Counted from the first letter of the stretch, positions 31,002 through 43,200 are shown. The stretch: 61,846 bases of DNA from Proteiniphilum sp. UBA4084 (GCA_002383605.1 DFYK01000043.1:33727-95572); one strand, 5' to 3'. The notes: generated by a model from the sequence alone, not told the origin. Numbers and translations are program-made.

Positions 31002-31004
31002 CCG

Positions 31005-34000
31005 CTATTCCTCATTTTTTGGTTTTGTAAACCTGAAGTTAAAGAGATTTCTGAATGATTTCGCCTCCTTGGTTACCACCACCCCCACGCCCTGGGTTGT
31101 GGGATTCCGGCGGTAGAATCGTTCATTTGCCCGATTGTAGGCACGTAGCATCAACCAGTTGTTGATATCATACTCCATCTCAAACTCTCCCATGAAGGCC
31201 TGCTGACCGGCCAGCATGCTCTTGTCGCCATAACTCAGGTTGGTGGTTATGCGCAAACGATCGTTAAACAAACGGGTTGAGACATCGAGTCCCATGCGTA
31301 CATTTTCAAAGGTTCCATCTACCGATTCCAGGTTGGTGCTGACGGACCAGTTATCTTTTAATGCGCTGGCAAAGAGGGCATCCAAGCCACGCGACAAGGT
31401 ACTGGAGGCAAATCTGGTGAAAACGGAGGAGCCGAAATTCAAATCGGGAGAACCTTCCGAAGGAATAAAACTCCCCGTGGTAGCCAGATAAGCGAATTGC
31501 AAAATTTTAGTTTCCTCATTGTTGATGAAGCTATTCACCCGCTGCTGTATGTCGCTGGAGCTTTCAGGCAGCTCTATATCGTACTGAAGGTCCATGGCTT
31601 CGAGATCACCCCTGATCTGCAACAGTGCGTTCACCGGCACACGTGTGTTGGCCAGCTCCGTGGAAAAGGTGGGACTGAGTGCAGCCAGATCGGCCTTGAC
31701 TGGAAGATAAGCCGTGATGTTGAACTGTGTGTTCATGGGATCTCCTTCCATGGTGAGCCTGCTGCCTTCGCGGATATTAAAGTCGATGGTGCGCAGATTC
31801 TGTAGGTTATAATGAAATTTTCCGCTGTTGATCTCGTAATCTCCGTACAAACGCACAGGAGGAGTCGATTTTGAGTTAAAGTTGACATTCAATTCTCCCT
31901 CCCCGCTCACTTCAAGTGCGTTCCCTGTGGTGGGGTCCAGCAGTACTCCCGCTTTAAGCAGGGGATTGAGATTCACGGTCATGTTCATCACGATGGGAAC
32001 GCCCGACTTTACCTGGGTGTTGACCTCTGTAAACTCAGCCTCCTTCTTGCGGAGAAAGGCCAGTGTATCTTCCTGCGGGGTATTGATATAAACCACCCCG
32101 CTGTATTCGGTGGCTCTGGCTGTTTGCGGCAACATGACCATCACCTCCGACTGGCTCTGTGTGGAGAGAGTGCCATTGCCAAAGATTCCGTTGGGTGAGC
32201 CCGTCACCTGCAGATCGCCCGTTAATTGCAGGTTTCCATACACCATCAGATCGGTACGTTCTTTGTTATTGAGCAGCATGAAGTCGTTCAGACGGAGTGA
32301 TGCCGTGTATGCCATTCTTCCAAAGTTGCTATGAGAGAGTCTCACATTCAGATTTGCCGTATGATTGTTCTGATCGCGGATTACCAGGTTTTCCAGTCCC
32401 ACATTGTCTTTTCTGATTTCAATGGAGTCCGACACATGGTATGTAACATTGGTGTAAGCTACTTTCATTACCCCTTCCTCGATTCCCAACCATCCCTCGG
32501 TCACCGGCTCAGACAATTTGCCGGTAATGTGAATATTGGAGTTCAATCGCCCGGAAAGTTCATTGAAAATACTGACGGTAAACGGCTGAATGGCACTCAG
32601 GTCAAATTCTTCAATGAGGAAGTTCACGTCCAAAGCGCGGAGGCTGTTATCGCCGGTAGGAATAAATCCCTGTATATCCAGATTACGCACTCCTTTGTGG
32701 GTGAGGTAAGCATTCAGATCCAACCCGGAATAGAGGTTATCCCAGTTTCCTTCAATATTCAGTGTACCAATGCTATCGTTATTCACCGTAATGTGATCGA
32801 TGCGAAGTTTCTCGGTACGTATCAACGGGTTGTCGAGGGCCTGCCTGATGTAAATATCCCCGTTGATGGAACCGGCAATGTCAGAGATGTTGAAGGCAGC
32901 GAGAATATTGGCCAGTTCGGTGTTGTTAAAAAAAACACGGACATTATCGGCCTCACTCCGGGAGGCAACACCGTCGATTCCAAGGAGCAGCATATCCTGT
33001 TCGCGGAGACCGAAATTGTTGATGGTGATATGATCCTTGCGATAAGCAATGGTAGCATCATTGAACTTCACCTCTTTGTCGTTGAACAGGATGGCCGTGG
33101 GGTGAATACGGATATCTGCACCAAGTGTTTCGTCGGGCTGACGCAGGAAACCGGCAGTCACCAGAATCTCTCCGTTGGATTTTGTATTGGTTTGGCGTAA
33201 ATCATACGAGATGACATTTCTCACCGAATCGTCTGCGACCTGGCTATTCAGACGGGCATTGACAAATCCGTTGTTTTGTACCAGATAAGTGTTCACGTCA
33301 AACCTCATGCCGGCAGGAGTTTCACTCTGCAGGTCCGCCTTCGTCTCACGGATGTCGTTGCTGCCCACCATGAGTCGCGGAAAATGTGCTTTCACCTGAA
33401 AAAAACCGTTATCCGTCATTTGCACATTGCCGGAAATGGTAGCCTGTTCCACGTTATAAAATGGCAGGGAGAAAGCATAAGAAATGTCTTCCGTGTTTTT
33501 CAGCTGGATATTGAACCGGAAATCATTCATCCCTTGAGCTGGCTCCTCCTCTTCCGGTAAGGGCAGTAAAGACGGCAGATGATGATGCAAAGCTTGTTGC
33601 ATTTCTTTTCCGATCGTGGAAAAATAATAATCGCCCTGCATCTCTGCTTCCAGAAATGACGACATAATCTGTAATTTCTTCCCATCCACAGAGTCTGTCA
33701 ACGCCTGCAGATAAATGGCACCGGGATTGTAGATAAAGTTGCTGTCAACCAGTGAGATGTTATCGGCCACCAGTGTACCAGTCATGTCATCGACAGTGGC
33801 ACCGGCCAACTCGGCATCAATCCGGAGACTCACATAGGGATTCTTCCAGTCTGTCATCATCAGGAAAGGCTTCAGCTCGAGCCGTTCGATATCTCCATTC
33901 ACCACAAAGCGCATTTCTTCTCCAAAGGAAACATCCCCATCCAGATTGAACTTGTTTCTTTCCGTGTTGCTCCGGATGTTTGCAGTTACACTGTTGCCGG

Positions 34001-35441
34001 TGTAGTTACCGTTAAAGTTGAGATCCTGATAGTGATATCCGCGGTAGATCATCGATTCAATGCTTCCGTCTGCAGTGACCGTGACGCCCTTACCTGCCAC
34101 AATGGAAACCGTTGCATTGGTACGCAGGGTAGCATTACCCACTCCCGGACCCTCGCCTATTATTTGGTCCACCTTCATGTTGTCGGCGTACACCGGTCCC
34201 TCGAATACCATCTGCTGAAAGTTATTTCTTATTCGCCCTGTTCCGTTCAGCGAAACAGTCCCCTGTGCGGTATTCACACTTCCGTCATACCGGAAATTAT
34301 TCATTTTTCCCCGTGCCTGCATTTGCAAATCAAGGTCGCCCAAATTCAATAATTGTATGGGCGATTCATAATTGAGAGCACCCACACGAATGAATTCCTG
34401 CAGGTCATCCTGTGATAACATTAGCTGTCGGATATTTGCTTCCAGGTCACTGTTGTTCAGGTCGCTATAAGCTGATATCTCTCCGGACAGATTGATTTTC
34501 GTATCAGAACCGTATTGAAACTCGAGTTTGTGAAGTGTCGCCTGTGGCAGTTTTCCTTCCGCTTCCGTTTCGAAGGAGATGGGCTTGTCGAGGTGTGCAA
34601 AACGGGATGTAAAGATGGAGACATCATGTGGATCTACCATCTCACTGCCTACCTTCAGGTAGAATTCCTTTGTTTCCCTGTCATAGCGGGCATCAGCAAT
34701 CCGAACTTCCGAACGATTCAGTGAGACAGTCAGTTTATCACTCGTTATTTGCGATCCTTTAGCTTTGGCAGCGGCTTTGAGATCATATACCGCAAGCCCG
34801 GCATATCGCTCCCAAAAACTGAGCAGGTTTATATCGGCCTGCATATCCTCCAGGCTCAGGAAATCGAGTTTTCCTTTAAAATTCAGATTGTTTACATCGA
34901 GATGTGAGGCATTGAACTGCCCCGGTGTTTGGGGCACGGTATCGATGTTGTATTGCAGCCGCCCGTTCATCAGGATCACTTCGTTTGCCGTAATACGCCA
35001 GGGCGCTTTTTCCTTCTTCACCACGGTGGTATCCTTCTCTTTGGCAAAAGCGTCGATCAGGAACTGAAAGTTGAACGGGTCCTGGGGAGAAGGACGATGT
35101 ACGTTGGCAGCAAAATTTTCCAGATTCACCTTCTCCACCGATACCTTGTTCCTGAGCAGGTCCATGGCATGGATGCGGACAGCCAGTCTGCCGATATATG
35201 CCAGGGTGTCGCGGTTCTGATCTTCGAGGTATATTCCATTCAGTTCGATGGTGTTGAACAGGCGAAAACGGATACCATCCAGCGAAGCTTCGGTATTGAT
35301 TCTTGGTTTGATCTTTTCGAGCGCAAGGTCGGCAGCTCTCTTTTGCACGGCAGGGATGCTGAAGACGATGAAAAGTATGATATTTAACAATATGATACTT
35401 CCCACAATGATGGCGAATATACGGGCAATTTTTGCGACCAA
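31005..35441 (-). CDS. tamB: TamB/AsmA-like translocation and assembly module protein
   Basis: 1478 aa; N-terminal TM anchor with PAVQ; NFQFLIDAF; C-terminal DUF490-like region (GDPMN...LFNDRL...LRAYNR..TTQGVG); adjacent to the Omp85 gene. Confidence 0.85.
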   Translation of the reverse strand: MVAKIARIFAIIVGSIILLNIILFIVFSIPAVQKRAADLALEKIKPRINTEASLDGIRFRLFNTIELNGIYLEDQNRDTLAYIGRLAVRIHAMDLLRNKVSVEKVNLENFAANVHRPSPQDPFNFQFLIDAFAKEKDTTVVKKEKAPWRITANEVILMNGRLQYNIDTVPQTPGQFNASHLDVNNLNFKGKLDFLSLEDMQADINLLSFWERYAGLAVYDLKAAAKAKGSQITSDKLTVSLNRSEVRIADARYDRETKEFYLKVGSEMVDPHDVSIFTSRFAHLDKPISFETEAEGKLPQATLHKLEFQYGSDTKINLSGEISAYSDLNNSDLEANIRQLMLSQDDLQEFIRVGALNYESPIQLLNLGDLDLQMQARGKMNNFRYDGSVNTAQGTVSLNGTGRIRNNFQQMVFEGPVYADNMKVDQIIGEGPGVGNATLRTNATVSIVAGKGVTVTADGSIESMIYRGYHYQDLNFNGNYTGNSVTANIRSNTERNKFNLDGDVSFGEEMRFVVNGDIERLELKPFLMMTDWKNPYVSLRIDAELAGATVDDMTGTLVADNISLVDSNFIYNPGAIYLQALTDSVDGKKLQIMSSFLEAEMQGDYYFSTIGKEMQQALHHHLPSLLPLPEEEEPAQGMNDFRFNIQLKNTEDISYAFSLPFYNVEQATISGNVQMTDNGFFQVKAHFPRLMVGSNDIRETKADLQSETPAGMRFDVNTYLVQNNGFVNARLNSQVADDSVRNVISYDLRQTNTKSNGEILVTAGFLRQPDETLGADIRIHPTAILFNDKEVKFNDATIAYRKDHITINNFGLREQDMLLLGIDGVASRSEADNVRVFFNNTELANILAAFNISDIAGSINGDIYIRQALDNPLIRTEKLRIDHITVNNDSIGTLNIEGNWDNLYSGLDLNAYLTHKGVRNLDIQGFIPTGDNSLRALDVNFLIEEFDLSAIQPFTVSIFNELSGRLNSNIHITGKLSEPVTEGWLGIEEGVMKVAYTNVTYHVSDSIEIRKDNVGLENLVIRDQNNHTANLNVRLSHSNFGRMAYTASLRLNDFMLLNNKERTDLMVYGNLQLTGDLQVTGSPNGIFGNGTLSTQSQSEVMVMLPQTARATEYSGVVYINTPQEDTLAFLRKKEAEFTEVNTQVKSGVPIVMNMTVNLNPLLKAGVLLDPTTGNALEVSGEGELNVNFNSKSTPPVRLYGDYEINSGKFHYNLQNLRTIDFNIREGSRLTMEGDPMNTQFNITAYLPVKADLAALSPTFSTELANTRVPVNALLQIRGDLEAMDLQYDIELPESSSDIQQRVNSFINNEETKILQFAYLATTGSFIPSEGSPDLNFGSSVFTRFASSTLSRGLDALFASALKDNWSVSTNLESVDGTFENVRMGLDVSTRLFNDRLRITTNLSYGDKSMLAGQQAFMGEFEMEYDINNWLMLRAYNRANERFYRRNPTTQGVGVVVTKEAKSFRNLFNFRFTKPKNEE

Positions 35442-35549
35442 ATTAATGAATCAAAACAAGTAAATGATCATAACTATTTCAACAATGCAATATTACAAAA
35501 AAAGGAGGAATGGCTCGGACTCAGCGCCCATTTTAACCAAAAAATAAGG

Positions 35550-36785
35550 TTATTTGGGCTTTTTCCACAAGATCGAACTGTCGCCATAGCTCAGAAACCG
35601 GTAGTCGTGATGCATCGCGTAGTCGTATATTCTTTCCCAGTCATCGCCCACGAAGGCTGCAATGAGTAACAGCAAGGTGCTCTGGGGTTGATGGAAGTTT
35701 GTGACAATGGCATCGGCATAATGAAACCGATACCCCGGCACGATGATGATCTGCGTGTTGGCAATCAGCCGATCTTGTCCCTGCCGGTCGAGATAACTAA
35801 GAATCAGTTGAAGTGCCTGCCTGGGTGAAACAGCGTCACCGATCTCATCATAAGGCTCCCACTGCTTTACACTCAGTTCCTGTGCTGAGGTTTCGGGATG
35901 GAGATGCAACTTCCGCCCGATATAATACAGGCTCTCCACAGTACGCAGCGAGGTGGTTCCCACCACAACTAGTTTACCGCAATGATCCAGTAGTTTTTCT
36001 ATTGTCTCCCGCTCCACGGCGATCAACTCGGTATGCATGGCATGGCCGGCAATTGTATTTGATTTTACCGGTCGGAATGTGCCTGCCCCCACATGCAGCG
36101 TCACTTCGGCAGCAGCAATTCCCTTTTCGTGAAGTTCCTCCATTACCTGGGGTGTAAAATGGAGTCCCGCAGTGGGTGCGGCCACCGATCCCTCAATTCT
36201 GGAATAGACGGTTTGGTAAGTTTCATCGTCCCTGGCGTCGGCCGGACGATTGAGATAGGGAGGGATGGGTAGTTTACCGGCAAGCTCCAGCAGCTCAGAG
36301 AAGGTCAGTTCGTTCCGATTCCATGAAAAGCAGACCACCCACTCTTCGCCGTTAGCTGCCTTCTTCTCTGCCTTCAAAGTGACCCCACCTCCATCACAGG
36401 GTACCTCCATGAACAAAGGTTCTTCTTTCCACCTTTTGGCATTACCAATCATGCAATTCCAGGAACACTGCTGCCGCTGTTGAAAGCTCATCGCATAGTC
36501 GGCCGGCTTATGGGGTGAAAGACAAAATATTTCTATCTGTGCACCGGTCTCCTTGTGAAACAGCAAGCGGGCATGAATCACACGGGTATTGTTGAAAAGA
36601 AGGAGGCTCTCTTCGGGCAGCAATGCCGGTAACTCATTGAACATACAGGAAGATAACGCTCCGTCCCTGTATTGCAACAATTTCGACGAGTCCCGTTGAG
36701 AAAGAGGATATTTGGCAATTTTATCGTCGGGAAGATGGTAATTGAAACGGGATATCTGCAGCTCCCCGATGTCGTCCTTTTTCAT
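35550..36785 (-). CDS. queA: S-adenosylmethionine:tRNA ribosyltransferase-isomerase
   Basis: FNNTRVIHARL, PIPPYL, YQTVYS, GSVAAPTAGLHFT, TNFHQPQSTLL and YRFLSYGDS motifs. Confidence 0.96.
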   Translation of the reverse strand: MKKDDIGELQISRFNYHLPDDKIAKYPLSQRDSSKLLQYRDGALSSCMFNELPALLPEESLLLFNNTRVIHARLLFHKETGAQIEIFCLSPHKPADYAMSFQQRQQCSWNCMIGNAKRWKEEPLFMEVPCDGGGVTLKAEKKAANGEEWVVCFSWNRNELTFSELLELAGKLPIPPYLNRPADARDDETYQTVYSRIEGSVAAPTAGLHFTPQVMEELHEKGIAAAEVTLHVGAGTFRPVKSNTIAGHAMHTELIAVERETIEKLLDHCGKLVVVGTTSLRTVESLYYIGRKLHLHPETSAQELSVKQWEPYDEIGDAVSPRQALQLILSYLDRQGQDRLIANTQIIIVPGYRFHYADAIVTNFHQPQSTLLLLIAAFVGDDWERIYDYAMHHDYRFLSYGDSSILWKKPK

Positions 36786-36898
36786 TTTTTACAATCGAAA
36801 AAACTATTTTTCGTAATTATTAATGCATTTATTCCGCAAAAATAGTCAACTTTGCAACACGTAACAAAAATAAAACATCTGAAAAGAGACCCCGAATC

Positions 36899-37969
36899 AT
36901 GAAGAAGCTGGAGACAGGTGATAAAGTACGTTTTCTGAACACGGTGGGTGGAGGAGTTGTAAAAGGCTTTCTCAGTAAACATCTGGTGATTGTGGAGGAC
37001 GAGAATGGATTTGAGGTTCCCATACTCATTTCGGAATGCGTGGTTGTAGAATCTGCCGGTAACGGGAAACTGGGGCAGATTTCCGAAAACAAAGAGACCT
37101 TGATTGAGAAAGATCCTGCTCCTGCATTGCCGGAAGTGAAAACAACCGGTTCAGATGCGGCCCAGGAAACACCCGAGGGGGAGCAGATCACAACTTGCCT
37201 GGCTTTCCTGCCAACCGATGTGAAAAATCTATCCACCTCAGCCTACGAATGTTATTTCGTGAACGACAGCAACTACTACCTGTTCTTCAACTACATGAGC
37301 CGCGAGAACAATACATGGAAAAGTCGTTACAGCGGTTCCATTGAGCCCAACACCAAGATCTTCCTGGAGGAATTTGATAAAACGGCGCTCAATGAAATTG
37401 AAAAAGTGTCTGTACAGTTTATCGCCTTCAAGCACCAAAAACCTTTCCGGTTTAAGAATCCCTGCTCCGTGGAATTACGCATTGATACGGTGAAATTTTA
37501 TAAGCTTCACAGTTTCCGGGAGAACGACTACTTCGAGGATGATGCATTGATTTATTTCATCATGAAGAATGATCTCCCCGAGAGAGAGATGCTGGTCTCA
37601 GCAGGCGACTTGGAATATGCCATCAAAGAAAAGAAGACCGCTGAAAGAAGACCGCGCATACAACGGATCGTAAAAAAAGAAAAAGACCAGCCCCTTGAGA
37701 TCGACCTGCATGCCGATGCATTACTCGACACCACAGCAGGAATGAATAATGCCGATCTGCTGGAGTATCAGCTACAAAAATTCAACGAGGTGATGACCGG
37801 AAACCTCCGGAATAAAAAACAAAAAATCGTATTTATTCACGGCAAGGGTGATGGTGTACTTAAAAACGCCATCCTGAAAGAATTGAAAACCAAATACCCA
37901 ACATGTTATTACCAGGATGCCTCCTTTCAGGAATACGGTTACGGAGCGACCATGGTGACCATCAAGTAA
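36899..37969 (+). CDS. DUF2027 / Smr-domain protein
   Basis: N-terminal GDKVRFL..GGG; C-terminal Smr domain IDLH...VFIHGKGDGVLK...GYGAT. Confidence 0.88.
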   Translation: MKKLETGDKVRFLNTVGGGVVKGFLSKHLVIVEDENGFEVPILISECVVVESAGNGKLGQISENKETLIEKDPAPALPEVKTTGSDAAQETPEGEQITTCLAFLPTDVKNLSTSAYECYFVNDSNYYLFFNYMSRENNTWKSRYSGSIEPNTKIFLEEFDKTALNEIEKVSVQFIAFKHQKPFRFKNPCSVELRIDTVKFYKLHSFRENDYFEDDALIYFIMKNDLPEREMLVSAGDLEYAIKEKKTAERRPRIQRIVKKEKDQPLEIDLHADALLDTTAGMNNADLLEYQLQKFNEVMTGNLRNKKQKIVFIHGKGDGVLKNAILKELKTKYPTCYYQDASFQEYGYGATMVTIK

Positions 37970-37979
37970 TCCCCATAAG

Positions 37980-38573
37980 ATGATGAAAAAAAGTATTTTA
38001 ATACTCAGTACAGTGCTGCTGCTGTCCGGTTGTAATATAATGAACCAGATCGGAGGCGCCATTCAGCTCTCCCAAAGCGAGTACAAGTATCATTCGCTGA
38101 ATAACATTCAGCTGGCCGGAATAAACCTGGGTAATGCTTCCAGCATTTCAGTCTCCAACCTGGCTTCAATAGCCACGGTATTGGCTGGTGGCTCCACCAT
38201 GCAGTCCATCCCGTTTAGCATGACCCTGAATATGGATGTCACCAACCCGAACAGTTCCGCTGCCTTTCTCGACGCGCTGGATTATGCCATTCAGATCAAT
38301 GAAATGGAATTTGTAGAAGGGAAGATGGATATTCCCATCCGCATTGAACCGGGCGAGACAAAGATCATAGGCATCCCGGTAAGCGTCGATTTGAAAAATC
38401 TGATGAATCGCTACTCACAGGATCGGGTAACCAATGAAATGAGCGCCTTCCTGGGTATCACACCCAGGGAAACTTCGGTTACTGTAAAGCTATGGCCTAA
38501 ATTAACAGTCGGTGGCACACTCGTCAAGGTACCTGCTGCAATTCCGGTAGTTTTCAACTTTGGAGGTAAATAG
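37980..38573 (+). CDS. LEA_2-like lipoprotein
   Basis: Lipobox LLSGC; beta-rich LNMDVTNPN...LDYAIQIN...IEPGETK..PVSVDL. Confidence 0.7.
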   Translation: MMKKSILILSTVLLLSGCNIMNQIGGAIQLSQSEYKYHSLNNIQLAGINLGNASSISVSNLASIATVLAGGSTMQSIPFSMTLNMDVTNPNSSAAFLDALDYAIQINEMEFVEGKMDIPIRIEPGETKIIGIPVSVDLKNLMNRYSQDRVTNEMSAFLGITPRETSVTVKLWPKLTVGGTLVKVPAAIPVVFNFGGK

Positions 38574-38596
38574 CGCTCTGCACCGCCTCAAAAGTT

Positions 38597-39331
38597 TCAC
38601 ACCGCCTCAAATACAATACGTGCCCGGCAAACGGTTCCTTTCCCGTACGTTTCAATATGAAAGGCATAGTCGGCCTGCCCGTTTAACTGGCGGTAGACCT
38701 CTCCCGAATCGCCAAAGGTAAGTTCTTTCAGGAAGTTGATCTCAAATCGACGGATGTGATGTGTCTGGTAAAAATCGGGTGTAAAGCAATCGGACAACCA
38801 TTCTACATAGTGCAGACTGTTGGCATGGTTGTTTACATCGATATCGCTGTATTTCACCCGAAAGCTGTTTGCCATTTCTCCCGACACACTGGGAATGCGT
38901 CCCGGCTCTCCGATGGGGGTGCCTTCCGGCACGATAAACTGATGCATCGCAGGAAGTGTATCCAGCAAGACACTGCGCCGTGTATGCATGTCTATCACTG
39001 CCCAGGAGGAGGCTGCATGGCCGATTAGAAGGCCAGCACCGTCGAATATTCTGAAATTGCGGGTCGTGAAGGCCGTGCCAATTTTTTCAATCCAAGTCTC
39101 AATAGTCAGGGAATCGTTTTCGGTTGGCATTCTTTTCATGTCGATCACCAGTCGGGAGAGAACCCAGGTAAAATTGTCACTCTGTAACTCCAACAGACCG
39201 AAGCCGTTTTCGTCGGCATTCTTTCCGGCGGTAACCAGTATAAAATTTGTGAGCGAGGTCAATGAAACCCTCCTGCGAAAATCTATGTCCTGCGCCTCAA
39301 TGTCGTAACTATATTTTTTCTTTGCAACCAT
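38597..39331 (-). CDS. Acyl-ACP thioesterase
   Basis: WVLSRL, ETW, SDIDVNNHANS..Y..W and FEINFLKE motifs; double hot-dog pattern. Confidence 0.9.
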   Translation of the reverse strand: MVAKKKYSYDIEAQDIDFRRRVSLTSLTNFILVTAGKNADENGFGLLELQSDNFTWVLSRLVIDMKRMPTENDSLTIETWIEKIGTAFTTRNFRIFDGAGLLIGHAASSWAVIDMHTRRSVLLDTLPAMHQFIVPEGTPIGEPGRIPSVSGEMANSFRVKYSDIDVNNHANSLHYVEWLSDCFTPDFYQTHHIRRFEINFLKELTFGDSGEVYRQLNGQADYAFHIETYGKGTVCRARIVFEAV

Positions 39332-39582
39332 TGTTCCGAGTTATAATCGCAAAAGTACAAAATAAAAGCCTTTTACGGGACAGAATTTATGTCTATCTTT
39401 GTTTACCCTCTATGGCAACCGGGCTGCCTCAGGCAAGGGTCTAATTTTTATAAAAAACAAACAGATATACTTTTCTCCGGTTTTTACCGTTGTAAATACG
39501 GTATTACGTAATCAACACCCCACCGTTTTTCACTGTGCTAAATGAACAGCAATCGGAAAACGGTGAATTGAATATTTCGGAT

Positions 39583-40173
39583 ATGATAGACTATATTAAG
39601 GGCGACGTGGCTGAGCTGACTCCGGCAGGCGTCACCATTGAATGCGGAGGCATCGGGTATCAGATGAATATCTCGCTCAACACCTACGGCGCCATCAACA
39701 ACAAGCCCGCAGCAAAACTCTACGTGCATGAAGTAATCCGCGAGGATGCACATGTTTTGTTCGGATTTATGGATAAACATGAGCGGGAGCTTTTCCTACT
39801 CCTGATCACCGTGTCGGGAGTAGGTCCCAGCACTGCACGGATCATCCTGTCTTCTCTCAGCGCCAAAGAGCTGGAGAACGTGATTGCCACAGAGAATACC
39901 ACCCTGTTGCAGTCGGTGAAAGGCATCGGTGCAAAAACGGCACAACGCATCATCGTAGACCTCAAAGACAAGATCAAATTTACCGATGAGAGCGGAAACA
40001 TACAACTTCCGGCCAAAGCCGATCTTTCCGAAACGGGCCATGCCGCAGTCTCCGCGCTGGTGATGCTCGGTTTTGTGCAGACAGCTTCGCAAAAAGTGGT
40101 TTCAAAAATTATCCGAGAATCACCCTCTTTGCCGGTGGAGGGTGTCATCAAAGAAGCATTGAAGAGATTATAA
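39583..40173 (+). CDS. ruvA: Holliday junction branch migration protein RuvA
   Basis: [38 protein letters not shown] and ALVMLGF motifs; ATG at 39583. Confidence 0.96.
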   Translation: MIDYIKGDVAELTPAGVTIECGGIGYQMNISLNTYGAINNKPAAKLYVHEVIREDAHVLFGFMDKHERELFLLLITVSGVGPSTARIILSSLSAKELENVIATENTTLLQSVKGIGAKTAQRIIVDLKDKIKFTDESGNIQLPAKADLSETGHAAVSALVMLGFVQTASQKVVSKIIRESPSLPVEGVIKEALKRL

Positions 40174-40233
40174 ACAGTGGCTTGATTACGTAATACGCTT
40201 TTTTGGGTAAAAAATCGTATAGCTGTTGTTTCT

Positions 40234-43200
40234 CTGAAAAACGTCGTTCACATATTCCTCCTCTTCCTCCTGTTTACCATGAACGGGGAGTATCTGCTTC
40301 ATGCCCAGATCAGTTTGTCGGGCATACGAACAGAAGTGCATTATGACCACCTGTCGGGTCTTTACATCTTCGAAAACAAAATAGGCAACATGGTGGTGGG
40401 TACCTCCCACTCCATGACATCGCGTGAGTATATGGAATACAGGCTGCGCCGAACACAGACCGACTATTTCCGAAAACGCAACGCACTACATGCCGACAGC
40501 CTGCAACCTTCCACAACAACTTTTTCGCTTTCCGGAATGAGAAAACGACAAGACCCGCTGGAAACGATCTTCGGACCGGGAGGAGTGCGGCTTACAACAC
40601 AAGGATACCTGGAGATATCGGCCGGGACGAACAGAAATGTCACCGACAACCCCACCCTTCCGCAGCGGGCACGCAAGCGGACCATGTTCGACTTTGATCA
40701 ACAGATCCAGCTCAACGTGAACGCGAAGGTGGGAGATAAAATTGACTTCGACATCAATTATGACACCCAGGCGACCTTCGACTTTCAAAGCAAACAGCTT
40801 AAACTGGCCTACCAGGGCAATGAAGATGAAATCATCCAACGTATTGAAGCGGGTAACGTGAGCATGAACAGCAGCAACTCACTTATCCAGGCAGGTGTTG
40901 CTTTGTTCGGGATCAAATCGGAACTGCAGTTTGGAAGGTTACGGATAAACAGTCTCTTTTCACAGCAACAATCTGAATCACAGACTATCAACACCCGCGG
41001 AGGAATACAAACAACTCCTTATGAGTTCTCCGTCGACCAGTATGATGAAAATAGGCATTTCTTTCTGGGTTACTGGTTTCGGGAAAAATATGACGAAGCG
41101 CTGGAAAAGCTGCCTTACATTCAGTCTCCGGTCTCCATCACCAGAATGGAAGTATGGGTGACCAACAAGCGGGGCGATTATGCACAGGCAAGAAACATCG
41201 TTGCCTTCGCAGATCTGGGTGAAGGAAGACATATCCACAACAGCGGCTGGGTGCCGCAAGGTGCAGCGGGAGTACCGCACAACAATGCCAACACGTTGTA
41301 TGAGCAACTTACAGGCATCTGGGCAGAAGCACGGAAGAGTAGCGAGACTGCACGGATTTTTCCTGGCAGCGTCATTGCCGGCATGGACTACGAAAAGCTG
41401 GAAAATGCGCGTCGCCTCACATCTGCTGAATACAGCTTTCAGCCACAACTGGGATATCTCTCTTTGCGCATGCCCCTGCAACCTGATGAAGTGCTGGCAG
41501 TTGCCTATGAGTTCACATACCAGGGAGAGGTGTATCAGGTAGGTGAGTTCTCCTCCGACATGGGTGATACCGCAGGCGACAATACCAGCGAAGCAGGTGC
41601 CCTTTTTCTGAAGCTGCTTAAGCCGGTGTCACTGTCGCCCCGCGCCTACACCTGGGATCTGATGATGAAAAATATCTATTCCATCGGGCAGGGCGCCTAT
41701 AACATACAACGGGATCAGTTTCGGTTACAGATCACCTGGCAAAGTGACACGGCGGGGGTGTACTTGAATTATATTCCAGAAAGCATCATCGGAGATGAAT
41801 TGCTACTGCAGCTGCTGCATCTCGACCGTCTAAACAGCAGAAATGATCCTTCCCCCGACGGTATTTTCGACTTTCTGGAAGGCTATACGGTAGACTCACA
41901 AAACGGACAGATTATCTTTCCGGTGGTAGAGCCCTTTGGTTCCTATCTTCACAAAAAAATAGGCGACGAGACCATCGCAGAAAAATACGTTTATCAGGAA
42001 CTATATGACTCTACGCTTACAATGGCACGTCAGCTTCCCGAGAAAAACAAATTCCGGATCAGCGGTGAGTACAGGGGTTCCTCCGGCTCGGAGATCAACC
42101 TGAATGCCATGAACGTGGCGCGGGGATCGGTACGGGTGACCGCGGCCGGCATGGCACTCACCGAAGGGGTCGATTACACGGTGGACTATCTCGCCGGCAC
42201 GGTGAACATCATCAATCAGGCCATCCTGGCTGCCGGGACGCCGGTGAGTGTCACGCTCGAGAGTCAGCAATTGTCACAGATAAAGCGAAAAACCTTGATG
42301 GGACTGGATATGAATTACGATTTCTCCAAAAACTTCTCACTCGGTGCCACGCTGATGCACTATTCCGAAAAACCACTCACCATGAAGTCGGCTTTCGGCG
42401 ATGAATCTTCCAAAAACACACTGTGGGGCACCCATCTGAACTATAGAAAGCAATCGTACATGCTCACCAACCTCATCGACATGCTTCCTTTCGTGGAAGC
42501 CACCGCACCTTCTCAACTGACGGCGAATCTTGCATTCGCGCAAATGCTTCCAGGTCATTACAAAAACAAATATACCGGCGGCTATTCCTATCTCGATGAT
42601 TTTGAGTCCTCCACCTCGGCTATCGACCTGCGGACACCCTATGCCTGGTCGCTCGCAGCAACACCCTATAACAACACCTCTTCCGGCCTTTTTCCGGAGG
42701 CATCACGCACAAACCACATCGACTACGGAAAAAACCGGGCACAACTGGCCTGGTTCTACATCGACGGAATCTTTACCCGAAGGAACTCCAACCTTACGCC
42801 GGCCCACATTAAAAACGATGACGACCAGCTTTCCGATCACAGGGTGCGGGAGGTTTACGAGCGGGAAATCTTTCCCAACCGCGATGCATTGTACGGTCAG
42901 CCGGCAACACTACCCGTATTGAATATCTCCTTCTACCCGGATGAACGGGGGCCCTATAATCTGGATACCGATGTCGACGGCAATGGCAGGCTACACGATC
43001 CAAGCAAACGATGGGGCGGCATCACCCGGCGCATGGAGACCCGCGATTTTGAAGCGGCCAACATCGAGTATATTGAATTCTGGCTGATGGACCCCTTTAT
43101 GAACGACACGACGGGAACCTCCCGGGGGGGTGATCTCTATTTTAACCTCGGCGAAATATCGGAAGATGTTCTGAAAGACGGAAAAAAGTTTTTCGAGAAC

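Noticed and set aside
32331-33200. 289-aa plus-strand ORF
   Set aside because: Antisense shadow of tamB.
38581-38611. 12-bp direct repeat CACCGCCTCAAA between convergent genes
   Set aside because: Only two copies and no element between them; too weak to call a target-site duplication.
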